Positions 17,983 through 27,298 are shown, numbered from the stretch's first letter. The stretch: DNA of 31,197 nucleotides from Oligoflexia bacterium (GCA_903842755.1 CAIMNF010000509.1:1-31197), one strand, 5' to 3'. The notes: a model not told the origin generated them from the letters alone. A program made the numbers and translations.

Positions 17983-18739
17983 ATTTTAAAAATACCTGGG
18001 TCATACAGAGTCCAACCGCAATCCAAGTCAGTGCATGTTTGCGGCTGCGGCTGGAATGAAAGCTGGGCAATAAAAAATCAAAAATGAGGCAACCCAACAG
18101 GGTGCCTGCCGCAAGACTGGTGACAAGAAAAGCAATGTTTTCCGTCACTGATTTTTTGAATAGCAAGGTCAGGAGCACGCCCAGGGGCATGGAAATGGAG
18201 TAGAGGCTGATCGCAATGAAAAACGATTTAGGGCTAGTCTTTTTCTCAAGCAAAACGGAAGAAACCGTCAAGGACTCGTATGCTTTATGCGCGAAGAGTG
18301 CCCAAAATAGGGTTTTGGTAATGGAGCCTGCGTATCCCTCCGAGATGACCAACAGCATGCCGCTGGCCAGACAATGGGCGAACATCGAGGCCATAAAAAA
18401 TGAAATGCTTTGGCCGTGCGAATGTCCGAAAGAGTTTTCGATCGATTCCGCTATTGAGGAATGACTCAAAGGTTTGTGATATTTAAGATGGTACAGATGG
18501 AGAAGTGAGTAAAGGAGCCAGACGGCTGCTACTCCCCAAAGCGTGTGTATTCCACCCATTTCGAATAAGTCCGGAATTAAATCAAAAAAAAGAATTCCCG
18601 CTAGCGCTCCCGTGCCTAAAAGGTAGAAAAACTTAGAGTATCTTCTTAAGTTCTGGATATAGAACGGCAAAATGCAGAGACTCATCATGGATATCGAGAT
18701 CAGCGCGGTTTCGGTTAATATGCTCATCGGTGAGCGCAT
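17975..18739 (-). CDS. ZIP family divalent metal transporter
   Basis: About 8 hydrophobic segments, a His-rich loop (HLYHLKYH...GHSHG), and AHCLASG and AHKAYES in the TM4/TM5 positions. Start is uncertain (18727, 18739 or 18766). Confidence 0.8.
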   Translation of the reverse strand: MRSPMSILTETALISISMMSLCILPFYIQNLRRYSKFFYLLGTGALAGILFFDLIPDLFEMGGIHTLWGVAAVWLLYSLLHLYHLKYHKPLSHSSIAESIENSFGHSHGQSISFFMASMFAHCLASGMLLVISEGYAGSITKTLFWALFAHKAYESLTVSSVLLEKKTSPKSFFIAISLYSISMPLGVLLTLLFKKSVTENIAFLVTSLAAGTLLGCLIFDFLLPSFHSSRSRKHALTWIAVGLCMTQVFLKFT

Positions 18740-18832
18740 TTTAAACGGATTTGGTCCAATTTGCAATCAATATCAAATCAACATAGCGAATAAGACTTGT
18801 GTTTTTCCGCCGAATTTTGTACGACCGGCACC

Positions 18833-19090
18833 ATGAAAAATACAGTAAAAAAATGGATACTCACTTTCGGATTTTCGATGATTTTGGGTGCCTGCGGATC
18901 TAGTGACTCCACAAATAAGAGCTACCACTTAACTTCAAACGGCTGTGATACCGGAACTCACAACTTCAACGATCTAGACGCTTATTGCAAGGGATTGGAA
19001 AACGATCAATTGAATAACGATTGTGCTTTAGATTTGCGTTCTCAGGATTTCACATCCAATGGGTGCCCGGGGACATTTACACCGTTTTAA
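18833..19090 (+). CDS. Small Cys-containing lipoprotein (85 aa)
   Basis: Lipobox LGAC, four further Cys, and TSNGC occurring twice. Confidence 0.75.
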   Translation: MKNTVKKWILTFGFSMILGACGSSDSTNKSYHLTSNGCDTGTHNFNDLDAYCKGLENDQLNNDCALDLRSQDFTSNGCPGTFTPF

Positions 19091-19149
19091 TGAATTGCTC
19101 CTCAAATAAGAAGTCGACAACGGATCATTAGCCCTTTAAACTTAAATCA

Positions 19150-19974
19150 TTGACGAAACAATTATCGTTTAGGACTTTGGGTTTTGTTGGGTTAATTTGT
19201 TCGGTTTCCCTCTTGTCGCCAAAACAGGCCAGGGCGGCCGCAGGAGTTGCGGGATTGCTCAGCATCATTCCTGGACTTGGGCAAATCTATGATGGTGAAA
19301 CTTTGGAAGGCTTGGGTTGGTTTTCCACGGTAATTGGTTTCGAAATTTTTTCGCCCGCCGTAAACATTTCTGCGCCCGTGGCCGGGCAAAATACCCGACT
19401 TTTAGCTCAGGCAGGATATGACCTCTGGTTGTACAACATGTATGATGCTTATCGTGACGCGAAGCCTAGAAACGGGCTTTATACAAACTACAGTGCCTTT
19501 TCTAATTATGTTGCCGCTTTTAATCCTGTAAATGTTGCCGATGCGGTGACAGGCACGTACTTGGGGTTCAATGTGATTCTTGATCGGAAGGAATTGGGTC
19601 ACTTTGGTCAGCTAAATCGCTATCCTTTTTTTGCGTTTGTTGGAATGGGTGAGGAAGGGTTGTTTCGTGGGTTTTTATTTCCTGCTTTTTCGGCGGATGT
19701 TTTTCATTCAAAAATTGCGGGTGCTTTTGCGTCGACCGTACTTTTTGATTTGTTCCACCTAACCAATGGGGCCGCAGATTTCAGAAATAATTTTATTCAA
19801 CGCTTTATTATGGGCTTAGTATTTTGCTGGGCAACGGATCGGAATAAGTACGACCTTAGAGATGGAATTTTCGCCCACTCCATGATCGATATTGGTGCGG
19901 AAGCGGGTGCAGGAACCCCGCATGCCTTTTTGGGAATGACCGGGGTAAAACTTGGGTGGAAGTTTTTTCTATAA
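19150..19974 (+). CDS. CPBP (Abi/CAAX) family intramembrane glutamic endopeptidase
   Basis: GEEGLFRG (EExxxR), FDLFH (FxxxH) and AHSMID. N-terminal IPGLGQIY motif. Confidence 0.85.
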   Translation: MTKQLSFRTLGFVGLICSVSLLSPKQARAAAGVAGLLSIIPGLGQIYDGETLEGLGWFSTVIGFEIFSPAVNISAPVAGQNTRLLAQAGYDLWLYNMYDAYRDAKPRNGLYTNYSAFSNYVAAFNPVNVADAVTGTYLGFNVILDRKELGHFGQLNRYPFFAFVGMGEEGLFRGFLFPAFSADVFHSKIAGAFASTVLFDLFHLTNGAADFRNNFIQRFIMGLVFCWATDRNKYDLRDGIFAHSMIDIGAEAGAGTPHAFLGMTGVKLGWKFFL

Positions 19975-20022
19975 ATGAAACTGAAAAGCCTTAAAAGAAA
20001 GAGAAAATCTTTTCTTGGGAGG

Positions 20023-21633
20023 ATGATGCTTCGATTTTTTAGTTTTTGGATCAGCATATTTCTTGGAGCCTCCGCATTCTGTTCGGCACAGGGGCAAGAC
20101 TTAAGTTCTTGGCGAAAGGAAGTCGTTTACGAAATCTTTGTCCGCAGTTTTCAAGACTCGAATGGAGATGGGGTGGGTGACCTCGACGGGATAACGTCTC
20201 GCCTTGATTATTTGCATGAATTAGGAGTGACCGCGATTTGGTTGACGCCCATTTTTCCTAGCCCTTCGTATCATGGCTATGATGTCACTGATTATGAAGC
20301 GATCAACCCGGATTTTGGAAATATGGACTCCTTTGACCATCTACTGGGTGAAGCCCATCAGCGACAACTAAAAGTGATTTTGGATATTCCCGTCAATCAT
20401 ACGTCTAGCTCCCACCCGTGGTTTTTAGCGTCACAGCCATTCGGAATCTGGGGGCCGTCCGATACTTATTTGTGGAGTAGCGTGCCTCTCGTTTGGTCTG
20501 CCGTCGAAAATGCGTTAGACCATTGGCATTTGCAGGGCGGCTCTTACTATTACTCAACCTTTGGTGAAGCCATGCCCGACTTGAATTGGAAAAACCCCGA
20601 CGTTTTAAGCGAAATTGAGAAGGTTTTTATTTTTTGGATCCAGCGTGGGGTAGATGGGTTTCGGTTGGATGCGGCTCAATACTTGGACAAGGGGCCTAAT
20701 GGTGAAGCTAATACCGCCGCCAATCATCAAATTTGGAAGAAGATCGTACAAGCATGCAAAGCCATTAACCCTTTTACTTATTTTGTGGGAGAAGTTTGGA
20801 CGGATTCCGCAACAATCGCCACCTATAAAGGGGACGGGGATGAGTTAACTCAAGCGTTTGATTTTCCATTGGCTGCGCATGTGGTAAATGCCGTGGTGAA
20901 CCACGATCCAGTAGAGTTCTACCAGGGGCTCTTGGAACGGATGCGCTTCCAGCGTGATCCCTTTTTTGCGTCGCCTTTTTTAACGAATCACGATCAAGTG
21001 CGATTGGCCACCCTTGCAAAGGGAAGTGTGGATCAGTTGAAGCTTGCGGCTGCAATATTATTTACACTCCCGGGAACGCCTTACCTTTATTATGGCGAAG
21101 AAATTGGGCTTCCGGAAGGGATAGATGCCCGATTTCCGGATGATTTGGGAAAACGGACCCCGATGAGTTGGGAGCGGGCTTCGATCGAGCGCGGCTTTAC
21201 CTGGCCAAATTCCAAACCCTGGCAGGACTTTTCGAGTTCGGACTCTTCTATTTCGGTGGATGCGCAACGAAATGTGCCCGGAAGCTTGCTCAGTTCTTAT
21301 CAGGAGTTGATTCATTTAAAGCGGACAACGCCTTCTTTGATCGATGGAACAATCTCTGCGCCGGTTACGTTGGTGGGGAAGGATATTGTTGTCTATCTTC
21401 GCAAAACAGAAGCAGAAGTTACTTTGGTCGCCCTGAATTTTTCACCAAAAGATACTCCTCAGGTCTTAATCGATTTGGCACGGGTGCTTCCGCCCTATTT
21501 TGAGGGTGCGGTTCTTAAACAAATTTATGGCCGTGAGGTTGGCCCCCTTCAATGGAGTACCGACACGTCCATTTTAGTTCCATGGATTCCTGCAGATTCA
21601 GCCGTCGTTTTGAAATTGACTAAAAAAAAGTAG
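20023..21633 (+). CDS. Secreted GH13 alpha-amylase family glycoside hydrolase
   Basis: YEIFVRSFQDSNGDGVGDL, DIPVNH, GFRLDAA (nucleophile), VGEVW (acid/base) and LTNHD. ATG at 20023 follows a GGGAGG RBS. Confidence 0.93.
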   Translation: MMLRFFSFWISIFLGASAFCSAQGQDLSSWRKEVVYEIFVRSFQDSNGDGVGDLDGITSRLDYLHELGVTAIWLTPIFPSPSYHGYDVTDYEAINPDFGNMDSFDHLLGEAHQRQLKVILDIPVNHTSSSHPWFLASQPFGIWGPSDTYLWSSVPLVWSAVENALDHWHLQGGSYYYSTFGEAMPDLNWKNPDVLSEIEKVFIFWIQRGVDGFRLDAAQYLDKGPNGEANTAANHQIWKKIVQACKAINPFTYFVGEVWTDSATIATYKGDGDELTQAFDFPLAAHVVNAVVNHDPVEFYQGLLERMRFQRDPFFASPFLTNHDQVRLATLAKGSVDQLKLAAAILFTLPGTPYLYYGEEIGLPEGIDARFPDDLGKRTPMSWERASIERGFTWPNSKPWQDFSSSDSSISVDAQRNVPGSLLSSYQELIHLKRTTPSLIDGTISAPVTLVGKDIVVYLRKTEAEVTLVALNFSPKDTPQVLIDLARVLPPYFEGAVLKQIYGREVGPLQWSTDTSILVPWIPADSAVVLKLTKKK

Positions 21634-21668
21634 TATTCAGCGGTATTTCCCCGTGAGAACATAAAGTT

Positions 21669-22559
21669 GTGATGCAGATTCGCGCGAGGTTAAATCTAAA
21701 CTCGGTTTTGCCCTACTTGCTTTGGGTTGCTTTGCTTGCCTTTGCTTCGGTTAGTCATGCGCAAGGCATGTATACCTACCATGATAGTCCAAAATGCGAA
21801 CTGAAGGTTTTTCGAAATTCCAGCTGGCAGTCGATTGCCGGAGTGAGCATCCCTGAAGGGCATTCTTTTGCGGTGCTGCATTCTCCTAAAAATCCGGAAG
21901 TGGGCCTGTTTACGATTGATCATCAATATTTTTCAGCAAATAATGATTGTTTGATTCCGGTGGTAAGTAAAGCTTTAAGCAATCAGTCGGAGTCTGAAGA
22001 GGCTCCCTTACAGAAAAAAAGTCCTCGAAAGACGGATTTTCCTCGCTCCTTTTCCATCGGGGCGTTGAGTGCGAAGCAGTCGTTTAGTTTATCCAGTACT
22101 GACGGAAACAAATATGCTCTTGTGGGGACGTTAAAAGGAGTGACCATGGCATTTAGGTATGGGTCGCGCTTGTTAAAATTTGCGATTGAGCCTTATGTCG
22201 GATTGATTACGGTGATCGAAAACGATTCTGCAACACCAACTCCGCCCTTCGTCTACAATGCAGCGAACTATTTAGACCTGGGCTCAAACGTCTATTTTCA
22301 AATTGAGCCGGAGTTAGGAAATTATATTGAGTTGGGAGTAAAGCTCGGAGGAGGCGCTAATTTTGTGAGTTTACCCGCACCATCGAGCGTGAATTATTAC
22401 ACGTATAGTGCTCCAGCGAGCTTTTCATTTTACTTTTCCGCCCAGGTAGACTTTGCTGTTTTTATTGTGCCTAAATTTGGTATTTATTTAAACGTCGGTA
22501 TGAATCAATCCACGGCAAATTTAAGCGAACAATTGGGGCTTCGGTGGAGATATGATTAA
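21669..22559 (+). CDS. Putative outer-membrane beta-barrel protein, same architecture as 5236-6132
   Basis: Signal peptide, Cys-pair N-terminal domain, charged linker, and amphipathic strands ending QLGLRWRYD. Confidence 0.6.
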   Translation: MMQIRARLNLNSVLPYLLWVALLAFASVSHAQGMYTYHDSPKCELKVFRNSSWQSIAGVSIPEGHSFAVLHSPKNPEVGLFTIDHQYFSANNDCLIPVVSKALSNQSESEEAPLQKKSPRKTDFPRSFSIGALSAKQSFSLSSTDGNKYALVGTLKGVTMAFRYGSRLLKFAIEPYVGLITVIENDSATPTPPFVYNAANYLDLGSNVYFQIEPELGNYIELGVKLGGGANFVSLPAPSSVNYYTYSAPASFSFYFSAQVDFAVFIVPKFGIYLNVGMNQSTANLSEQLGLRWRYD

Positions 22560-22575
22560 AACGCGCACGCAGTGG

Positions 22576-23445
22576 TTAATGGTGAACCGAAATGATTTTT
22601 TCTAACCACGCTTTTGCCATCGAGACAGAAATTGCATAGTTCGCATAATCATCTGAATAAGCAGGAAGTTTTAGGCTCGTTTCGCCGCCGTTTCGCTGCT
22701 CCCCTATGTGGAGCGCAATAATTCTACAGGGCTGATCTTGTTCGCAAACCAAAAGTGGGGCACCTGAGGCGCCTCGCTCGGTAGCGCAATCGTGAAAAAA
22801 CACACCTTCAAGATCCGGTCGTTGGCTTCTAATGCTACAACCATGATTCATGGATTGATTAAATACCGCGGTCGAGTGTCCGCGACTATCGGGTGCCCAC
22901 TCGTAAAGGTCGTATGCGGAAATGGTTAAGTTTTGTTCCATGGGCTGAAGATCACGGGGATCCTGGCTAAACGGTAAACTGCCTGATGACTTTCCAATGG
23001 TGCGGGTGAGTACGAGAATAGCGATGTCGTGCGGATATTCGGTCTCGTAATGAGTCATCGAACTTAAGCCCAGGTAGGCCGATTTGACTGAGCTCACTTT
23101 TTCGGCGTGGTTTGCATAATAGCCATAAAGTACGTCCAAACTACGGTGGGGTGCGTTCGGCACGAGGTGGTCTGGTGTAGAGACTTGGGGATTTGAAAAC
23201 GCGCCCAAAACACAGTGGGCAGCCGTTAAAACGAGATTGGGGCCAATGAACGCGCCAGAGCATTTTTCGATTCCGGGAACGCTTACGCTTACTAGCTTAA
23301 AATGATCTTGCGAAGTAGGAAGGATCGGAATTCTGGGATCGGGACCAAATATATTGGCTAAACTAACCGTTGGAACTGCGAAAAAGAGGAGCGTGAGCAT
23401 GCTTTTTTTTAAAATGGCCATTGAAATGAAAATACTTAATTTCAA
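22576..23445 (-). CDS. Secreted trypsin-like (S1, V8-type) serine protease
   Basis: CSGAFIGPNLVLTAAHC (His), HDIAIL (Asp) and CATERGASGAPL (Ser). Confidence 0.9.
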   Translation of the reverse strand: MKLSIFISMAILKKSMLTLLFFAVPTVSLANIFGPDPRIPILPTSQDHFKLVSVSVPGIEKCSGAFIGPNLVLTAAHCVLGAFSNPQVSTPDHLVPNAPHRSLDVLYGYYANHAEKVSSVKSAYLGLSSMTHYETEYPHDIAILVLTRTIGKSSGSLPFSQDPRDLQPMEQNLTISAYDLYEWAPDSRGHSTAVFNQSMNHGCSIRSQRPDLEGVFFHDCATERGASGAPLLVCEQDQPCRIIALHIGEQRNGGETSLKLPAYSDDYANYAISVSMAKAWLEKIISVHH

Positions 23446-23481
23446 TCGCGTTGAAAAGCGGTAAAACGAAATTCAGAATTT

Positions 23482-25218
23482 ATGGTTCAACTCAGGGATT
23501 ATCAGCAAGAAGCAGTCAGCAAAGTGATTCAATTTTTTCAAAAACGGCGCGATCCGGCGATGGTGGTGTTGCCTACAGGTGCGGGGAAAAGCTTGGTGAT
23601 TGCAGAGCTGGCCCGGCAGGCCAGGGGCAGAGTCTTGATCCTGGCGCATGTGAAGGAGTTGGTAGAACAAAATTATCAAAAGTATACGAATTATGGGCTA
23701 GAAGCGGGTATTTTTTCTGCGAGCCTGGGGCAGAAAGATTGGGATCAAAAAGCAATTTTTGGGAGTGTCCAATCCGTTGCTCGGGCACCGAATGATTTTT
23801 TTGAACAGTTTTCACTCTTGGTCATTGACGAATGTCACCGCGTGGCGGACGAAGGGGCAACCCAATACCAAGAGGTGATTAAAAAGCTTTTAGAGCGGAA
23901 TCCTAAGCTCTGTATTTTAGGCTTAACGGCGACCCCGTATCGCTTAGGATTGGGTTGGATTTACGAAGTAGGGCCCAAAGGGGAGTTGAAGTCAGACCAG
24001 CCTCGTTTTTTTAAACAATGCGTTTTTGAATTGCCTCTTTCGTACATGATTCAAAATAAGTACCTCACTCAGCCAGTGAAGGTCGACATTCCGGTAACCT
24101 GTTACGATTTTTCTGAGCTCACCGAAAAAGACCGGCTCTACACGGCGGCCGAAGTAGAGGAGATCTTAAAAAATCAAAAGCGTCTTACTCCGCTCATTAT
24201 CAAAAATATTATCGACATTACGGAGCGCTTCGAGCGCAAGGGGGTTATGCTGTTCTGTAGCTCCGTTCCCCATGCCGAAGAGATTATGACTTATTTGCCG
24301 TCGGAGGATTCGCGCCTGGTTTTGGGGGACACCGATCTGAAGAATAGAAATGAGATTATCGATGACTTCAAAAATAGAAAATTTAAATATTTAGTGAACG
24401 TTTCGGTTCTGACGACTGGCTTTGATGCGCCTCATGTGGACGTGATTGCGATCTTAAGGCCAACAGAGTCCAATAGCCTTTATCAGCAGATTGTGGGACG
24501 AGGGTTGCGCTTGTCGGCTCAGAAAAAAGATTGTTTTATTTTGGATTATACAGGAATGGGACACGACATTTACGCGCCCGAAATTAGTGACCGACGCCCT
24601 GCCAAAGATACGGTCCCTGTCCAAGTTCAATGCCCCGAGTGTGGCTTTATGAATGACTTTTGGGGTTACGTGGATTTCGAAGGAAACGTCGTAGAACATT
24701 TTGGGCGTAAATGCAGAGGTTCTCGCCAAGACTCCGTTACTTTTCAGTGGCGTCCGTGTGGCTTTCGGTTCCGCTCTAAAATTTGTCATCAATGCGGAGC
24801 CGAAAACGACCTCACCGCACAGAAATGTGAAAAGTGTAAGGTTGAGCTTACGGATGCCTCCGCAAAATTGAAACAGGCTAAACTTTCAAAGAATTCCCAT
24901 TTACTTACGCCCGAGCGCATTACCTTTGAAGAACGTTCGGACAAGAATGGCAATCCCTATTTAGAAATTCGCTATTACGATTTTGATGCTCAATATGTAA
25001 GCGAAGCGCATTTTTTTTCGAATCCAACCTCGGTTAAAAAATTTAATATTAATTTTTTGCGTTCCCACCTGAAGCGACCCGAACTTGCGTTAAACTTAAG
25101 GACTCCTTTAGACGTGATCCAAAATCAAAAGCTTTTCAGATTGCCTGCGTTTGTAATTGCACGAAAGCAAGATCGGTTTTGGAAGATCACGGAGAAAATT
25201 TTTGCCGAGGAATTGTAA
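23482..25218 (+). CDS. radD: DNA repair helicase RadD/YejH (SF2 with C-terminal Zn fingers)
   Basis: [32 protein letters not shown] and QIVGRGLR, followed by CxxC clusters and a YYD-containing tail. Confidence 0.9.
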   Translation: MVQLRDYQQEAVSKVIQFFQKRRDPAMVVLPTGAGKSLVIAELARQARGRVLILAHVKELVEQNYQKYTNYGLEAGIFSASLGQKDWDQKAIFGSVQSVARAPNDFFEQFSLLVIDECHRVADEGATQYQEVIKKLLERNPKLCILGLTATPYRLGLGWIYEVGPKGELKSDQPRFFKQCVFELPLSYMIQNKYLTQPVKVDIPVTCYDFSELTEKDRLYTAAEVEEILKNQKRLTPLIIKNIIDITERFERKGVMLFCSSVPHAEEIMTYLPSEDSRLVLGDTDLKNRNEIIDDFKNRKFKYLVNVSVLTTGFDAPHVDVIAILRPTESNSLYQQIVGRGLRLSAQKKDCFILDYTGMGHDIYAPEISDRRPAKDTVPVQVQCPECGFMNDFWGYVDFEGNVVEHFGRKCRGSRQDSVTFQWRPCGFRFRSKICHQCGAENDLTAQKCEKCKVELTDASAKLKQAKLSKNSHLLTPERITFEERSDKNGNPYLEIRYYDFDAQYVSEAHFFSNPTSVKKFNINFLRSHLKRPELALNLRTPLDVIQNQKLFRLPAFVIARKQDRFWKITEKIFAEEL

Positions 25219-25750
25219 AAAGCGGGCCATTTTTTTCGATCCACTCGACCGCTTGCAATAGTGACTGTGCCCGGTAGTTGGGAGGATGAGCCGTTTTAAA
25301 ATCATCCCCCGGTCCTATTAAAATAGACTGGCAGCCTGCGCGATGGCCGGCCTCAATATCGCTTAAACGATCGCCCACCATGAACGAACCCGCTATATCA
25401 ATATTCCACTGGGTTGCTGCTTCGATGAGCATTCCTGGGTTTGGTTTTCGGCAGAGGCACTGATCTTTTTGGTCATGGAAGCATACTTTCAAATCATCAA
25501 TGGGAAGTTCCGAAAGGACTTTTTGGTTCATGGCAATGACCACTTCTTTTTTCTGCCAACCGCGCGCGACGTCGGGCTGGTTGGTAACGACCACAGTGAA
25601 ATAATCAAGGCATTTAAGCTTTTGAAGAGCCTCAAGGGTACCCGGTAAAAACTCAAACTGTTCTAAAGTTTGCGGTGCCCTTTCTTTGCCGTCCCGAAAA
25701 AAAGTACGATTCAATACACCATCCCGATCAAGAAACACTGCTTTTTTCAA
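25187..25750 (-). CDS. gmhB: HAD-IIIA phosphatase, GmhB/heptose-1,7-bisphosphate phosphatase-like
   Basis: [17 protein letters not shown].....C.CRKPNPGM and MVGDR.SD. TTG start at 25750 chosen to avoid overlapping DUF1428. Substrate not certain. Confidence 0.75.
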   Translation of the reverse strand: MKKAVFLDRDGVLNRTFFRDGKERAPQTLEQFEFLPGTLEALQKLKCLDYFTVVVTNQPDVARGWQKKEVVIAMNQKVLSELPIDDLKVCFHDQKDQCLCRKPNPGMLIEAATQWNIDIAGSFMVGDRLSDIEAGHRAGCQSILIGPGDDFKTAHPPNYRAQSLLQAVEWIEKNGPLFTIPRQKFSP

Positions 25751-25754
25751 TTGG

Positions 25755-26135
25755 TTAAAACCGCGCAAGAGTTTTAAATCCACCCCAAAAGAAGCGCATT
25801 CCGTCAAAAAATAGATCGTCTGGATTCATGAATTCCGCCAAGCGTGGATCATCCATTACCCGATCCATTGCTTTTTTAAACTGCGCTTTCGTTTTGAACG
25901 TCACCCAGCCGATGCAGACGACTTCGCCGCTTTTCAGTTTTACGCTTCGGGGATAGGATGTGTTGTCACCCTTTTCAACGTGGTCTCCAATACAATCCAT
26001 GACCTCAAGCGCGCCATTCTCCTTCCAAATTGGACCAATGGTATTCACCCATTTTTTGTACCGACTTAAGTTTTTACGGGGCACGGGGACGACGATGCTT
26101 TGAACGTAGACGGACTCGATTTGTTTTTTTTTCAT
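25755..26135 (-). CDS. DUF1428 (YbaA-like) family protein
   Basis: YV...VVPVP.KN...Y, WKENGAL, SYPRSVKLK.GE, VMDDPRL and FDGMRFFWGGF. Confidence 0.88.
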   Translation of the reverse strand: MKKKQIESVYVQSIVVPVPRKNLSRYKKWVNTIGPIWKENGALEVMDCIGDHVEKGDNTSYPRSVKLKSGEVVCIGWVTFKTKAQFKKAMDRVMDDPRLAEFMNPDDLFFDGMRFFWGGFKTLARF

Positions 26136-26273
26136 GTTTTTAGTGTAAGTTCAATTTTTTGTGAGGGCAAGGTCGCTTTGAAATACGGGTCACTTTAAGG
26201 AGCAAAGGCAATTTTGAATTTTTTTCTTTTTCCGCAATGTAGGGTAGGTACCGTTAGCGGAGAACGATGTCGT

Positions 26274-26615
26274 CTAGTTTTTGTCGGATGTACCTGACGC
26301 ATCATCTTTGCAGCGAATGATAAAATCTTTATCTGTATGGGAAGAACTAGTTCCGCCCCCAATTCCATTTTTTGAAAACCCCATACCCTCACTGCCAATC
26401 CCTGTAACTTCCTTATCCACCACCGAGTAACCATAAGGACAAGCTTCAGATGCAGCTTTATAGCATTTTACCATTGAACCACGGCACTGGAGTGCAATTG
26501 CGAGTTTGCCATCGGACCATGTAATCTCATCTGATTTGGGTTTACAGCTTGAGCATCCGGCGAGATGCATCAAGACTAAAAATAGAGTCGCGTTTTTTAA
26601 CGGTATTACTTTCAT
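26274..26615 (-). CDS. Small lipoprotein with a Cys-stabilised domain
   Basis: ATG at 26615, lipobox LAGC, and C....M.KCY..A...CP.GY...IRC pattern. Confidence 0.65.
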   Translation of the reverse strand: MKVIPLKNATLFLVLMHLAGCSSCKPKSDEITWSDGKLAIALQCRGSMVKCYKAASEACPYGYSVVDKEVTGIGSEGMGFSKNGIGGGTSSSHTDKDFIIRCKDDASGTSDKN

Positions 26616-26912
26616 TGCTGATTTTGCGCTTTCGATAAAATTAAATTGATTATAAATAATATTTTCATAAAAACTTCTGATAGGCGAGGGATATGTTTTT
26701 ACGAAACTAAAAATATGGGCTCTGTGATGGGTTGGAGACCCTAAAATCAAATTAGGATGCGCGACTTCGACAAGTTATTGAAAGTAGATCTGCGCTAATT
26801 AGATTGGTCAAAGTTAGTTTAAGCATGGATATCAAACTTAGAAAAATAGAGCATTTTGGCTCAAAAAAAGGTGGTAATATCGTTTGATCTTTTTTAAAAA
26901 ACTCTGGGGGAA

Positions 26913-27083
26913 TTAACGAATCGAGTGTAAAACCGGGTCCTCAATTTCAAAGCCTTGCCTGATCCAATAGAGTGCCGTAGTCCTTGGAATCTTCAAATGA
27001 GGAAAAAAATCTGCTCGCCCGGTCCTAGCGATCAAGGCCTTAATCTTCGGATCAAAGGACGAATAATTTGGACTCCGTCTCCT
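26913..27083 (-). pseudogene. N-terminal HTH fragment of a DDE/integrase-core transposase; start codon lost
   Basis: Frame reads RRRSPNYSSFDPKIKALIARTGRADFFPHLKIPRTTALYWIRQG...*, resembling the Y..R.K..I..TG...F..L.IPRSTA..W leader of such transposases. GAGGAGG RBS is followed by AT-AGG, one base short of ATG-AGG. Confidence 0.5.
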
Positions 27084-27128
27084 ATTTTTGTCCTCCTCGA
27101 ATGTATTCTATTAGAGGAGGACAAAAAT
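27084..27128. repeat. Perfect 15 bp inverted repeat with a 15 nt loop
   Basis: ATTTTTGTCCTCCTC (27084-27098) and GAGGAGGACAAAAAT (27114-27128). Confidence 0.9.
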
Positions 27129-27166
27129 TCGACAACTGAAGGGTCGACTTTTTCGGTAATAATAGC
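27124..27166 (+). repeat. Site L: AAAATTCGACA-N7-GGTCGACTTTTTCG...ATAATAGC
   Basis: Internally inverted half-sites around a 7 bp spacer (ACTGAAG). An inverted copy lies at 28465-28504. Confidence 0.8.
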
Positions 27167-27253
27167 GGCAATAATGGTTCGAGATTGCAAATGGTTGCGG
27201 CTGATCTCTATCTATGGTAAATGCGGTTGCAATGGAGGGTAACCGGCTAGTAC

Positions 27254-27279
27254 GGGTTCGAATCCCTCCCTCTCAGCCA
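27254..27279 (+). other. tRNA-Ser-like 3' fragment (att-core-like), not an intact tRNA
   Basis: GGGTTCGAATCCCTCCCTCTCAGCCA gives a T-loop, 3' T-stem, acceptor strand, G discriminator and CCA. No complementary 5' acceptor strand or D/anticodon arms upstream. Confidence 0.65.
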
Positions 27280-27298
27280 GGAGAGAAAGGTTAAGTGT

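Noticed and set aside
510-25305. Numerous 60-160 aa ORFs nested in or antisense to long genes (e.g. 510-692, 6155-6631, 8733-8984, 13516-13809, 21168-21503, 23451-23795)
   Set aside because: They are shadow frames of well-supported genes.
27084-27128. Intrinsic terminator
   Set aside because: The T tract is 5' and the A tract 3' of the stem, the wrong polarity on both strands.
26955-27242. 95 aa plus-strand ORF
   Set aside because: It runs across the hairpin, site L and the antisense transposase remnant and has no RBS or motif.
27190-27279. Intact tRNA-Ser or tRNA-Sec
   Set aside because: No 5' acceptor strand pairs with CCTCTCA, there are no D or anticodon arms, and the T-stem has only 3 bp.
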